The position numbers and the translations under genes are program-made. A stretch of 64,000 nucleotides of DNA from Paraspadella gotoi (Eukaryota > Animalia > Chaetognatha): positions 22,324,709 through 22,388,708 of the forward strand of contig CM119264.1 in assembly GCA_051294375.1 (NCBI GenBank). The letters are read 5' to 3'. Within the stretch, counting starts at the first letter, position 1. The number at the start of each line of letters is the position of its first letter. Positions 63,388-64,000 of this stretch are shown piece by piece. Under the pieces are notes generated by a model. It was not told where the DNA came from, did no database searches, and saw only the letters and a program-made list of their open reading frames with translations.

Positions 63388-64000
63388 TCCGGCGGGTCCG
63401 AAACCTCAAACCGGAGCCCCCATCTAAAACTCTCTGACGAAATCGAAAGGGATCAATTATGGGAGGTAAAGAGTCGCAAATCAAATTAGGCTCCTGCTCA
63501 ACTTTTTTCTGTTCCCCGCGTTGCCCGGTCTGCCTGGCTGCCGGTTCTCTTAGACTTAGGGCTACCAGACTTACAGCCGGTTCGGCTCTTGAGCCTTTCG
63601 GCCGTCTCTTAATTTTGTTTACTGTTCGGGCGCCTCTAGCAGTCACGCGTGTTCTTCATTGGTCAATAAAGTTCCAAAATTGAGAAAAGAAAAATCTGGG
63701 TCAAAACTAATGGTGTAAATTGAAATTTAAGAAATTGATTTTTCTTATCAACTTGAAGAAGTAGAACGTAATAAATTATAAAATTAAATCTAACAAATAA
63801 CAGTTTGATTTAGGAAGTATGGCATTTCTTGATAATTAATTTTGATATGCCCTATCAAGGCTATCAGGCGTTTATTAATTCGATAATTTCACAAAGTGAG
63901 ATAAACCTAGTTTTGTCTGCATAAAAAGTACATGTCGTGTGTTCCCAACCTTTGAATATGCCAGAACCAAGTTATGCAGCTGGCAGAAGCTTGCGTCGAC

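Noticed and set aside
63430-63460. CTGACGA...GAAA hammerhead-like core
   Set aside because: Stems I and III cannot be formed around a UH cleavage site.

Overview
Intron-rich eukaryotic DNA from a ciliated animal, probably an invertebrate; the species cannot be determined. It is a draft assembly with N gaps, indel noise and many (AG)n/(AAAG)n microsatellites. Six spliced genes were reconstructed by hand from GT-AG boundaries and reading phase. (1) A + strand Cys-rich surface protein with VWC-like modules and a RECK-like C-terminus (<=8495-15403). (2) A 102-aa secreted 10-Cys ShK-like peptide nested antisense in its intron (9409-10394). (3) A giant (~1,700 aa, ~44 exons) secreted Asp-rich protein built from nearly Cys-free thrombospondin type-3-like Ca-binding repeats on 39/117-nt phase-1 exons (-, 16649-31985). 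(4) ARMC4/ODAD2 (-, 34650-46279); its 5' end is present twice, probably an assembly artefact. (5) A TPMT-family methyltransferase nested on the same strand in an ARMC4 intron (35946-37157). (6) A compact two-pore K+ channel that appears to lack the cap and has an atypical second filter (+, 59283-62433). Two hAT-type MITEs carry 8-bp TSDs. The CpG-rich non-coding DNA is densely populated with mutually unrelated, long imperfect stem-loops, none of which were seen in the AT-rich, CpG-poor block at ~15.5-29.5 kb. All calls are by eye; no searches were run.
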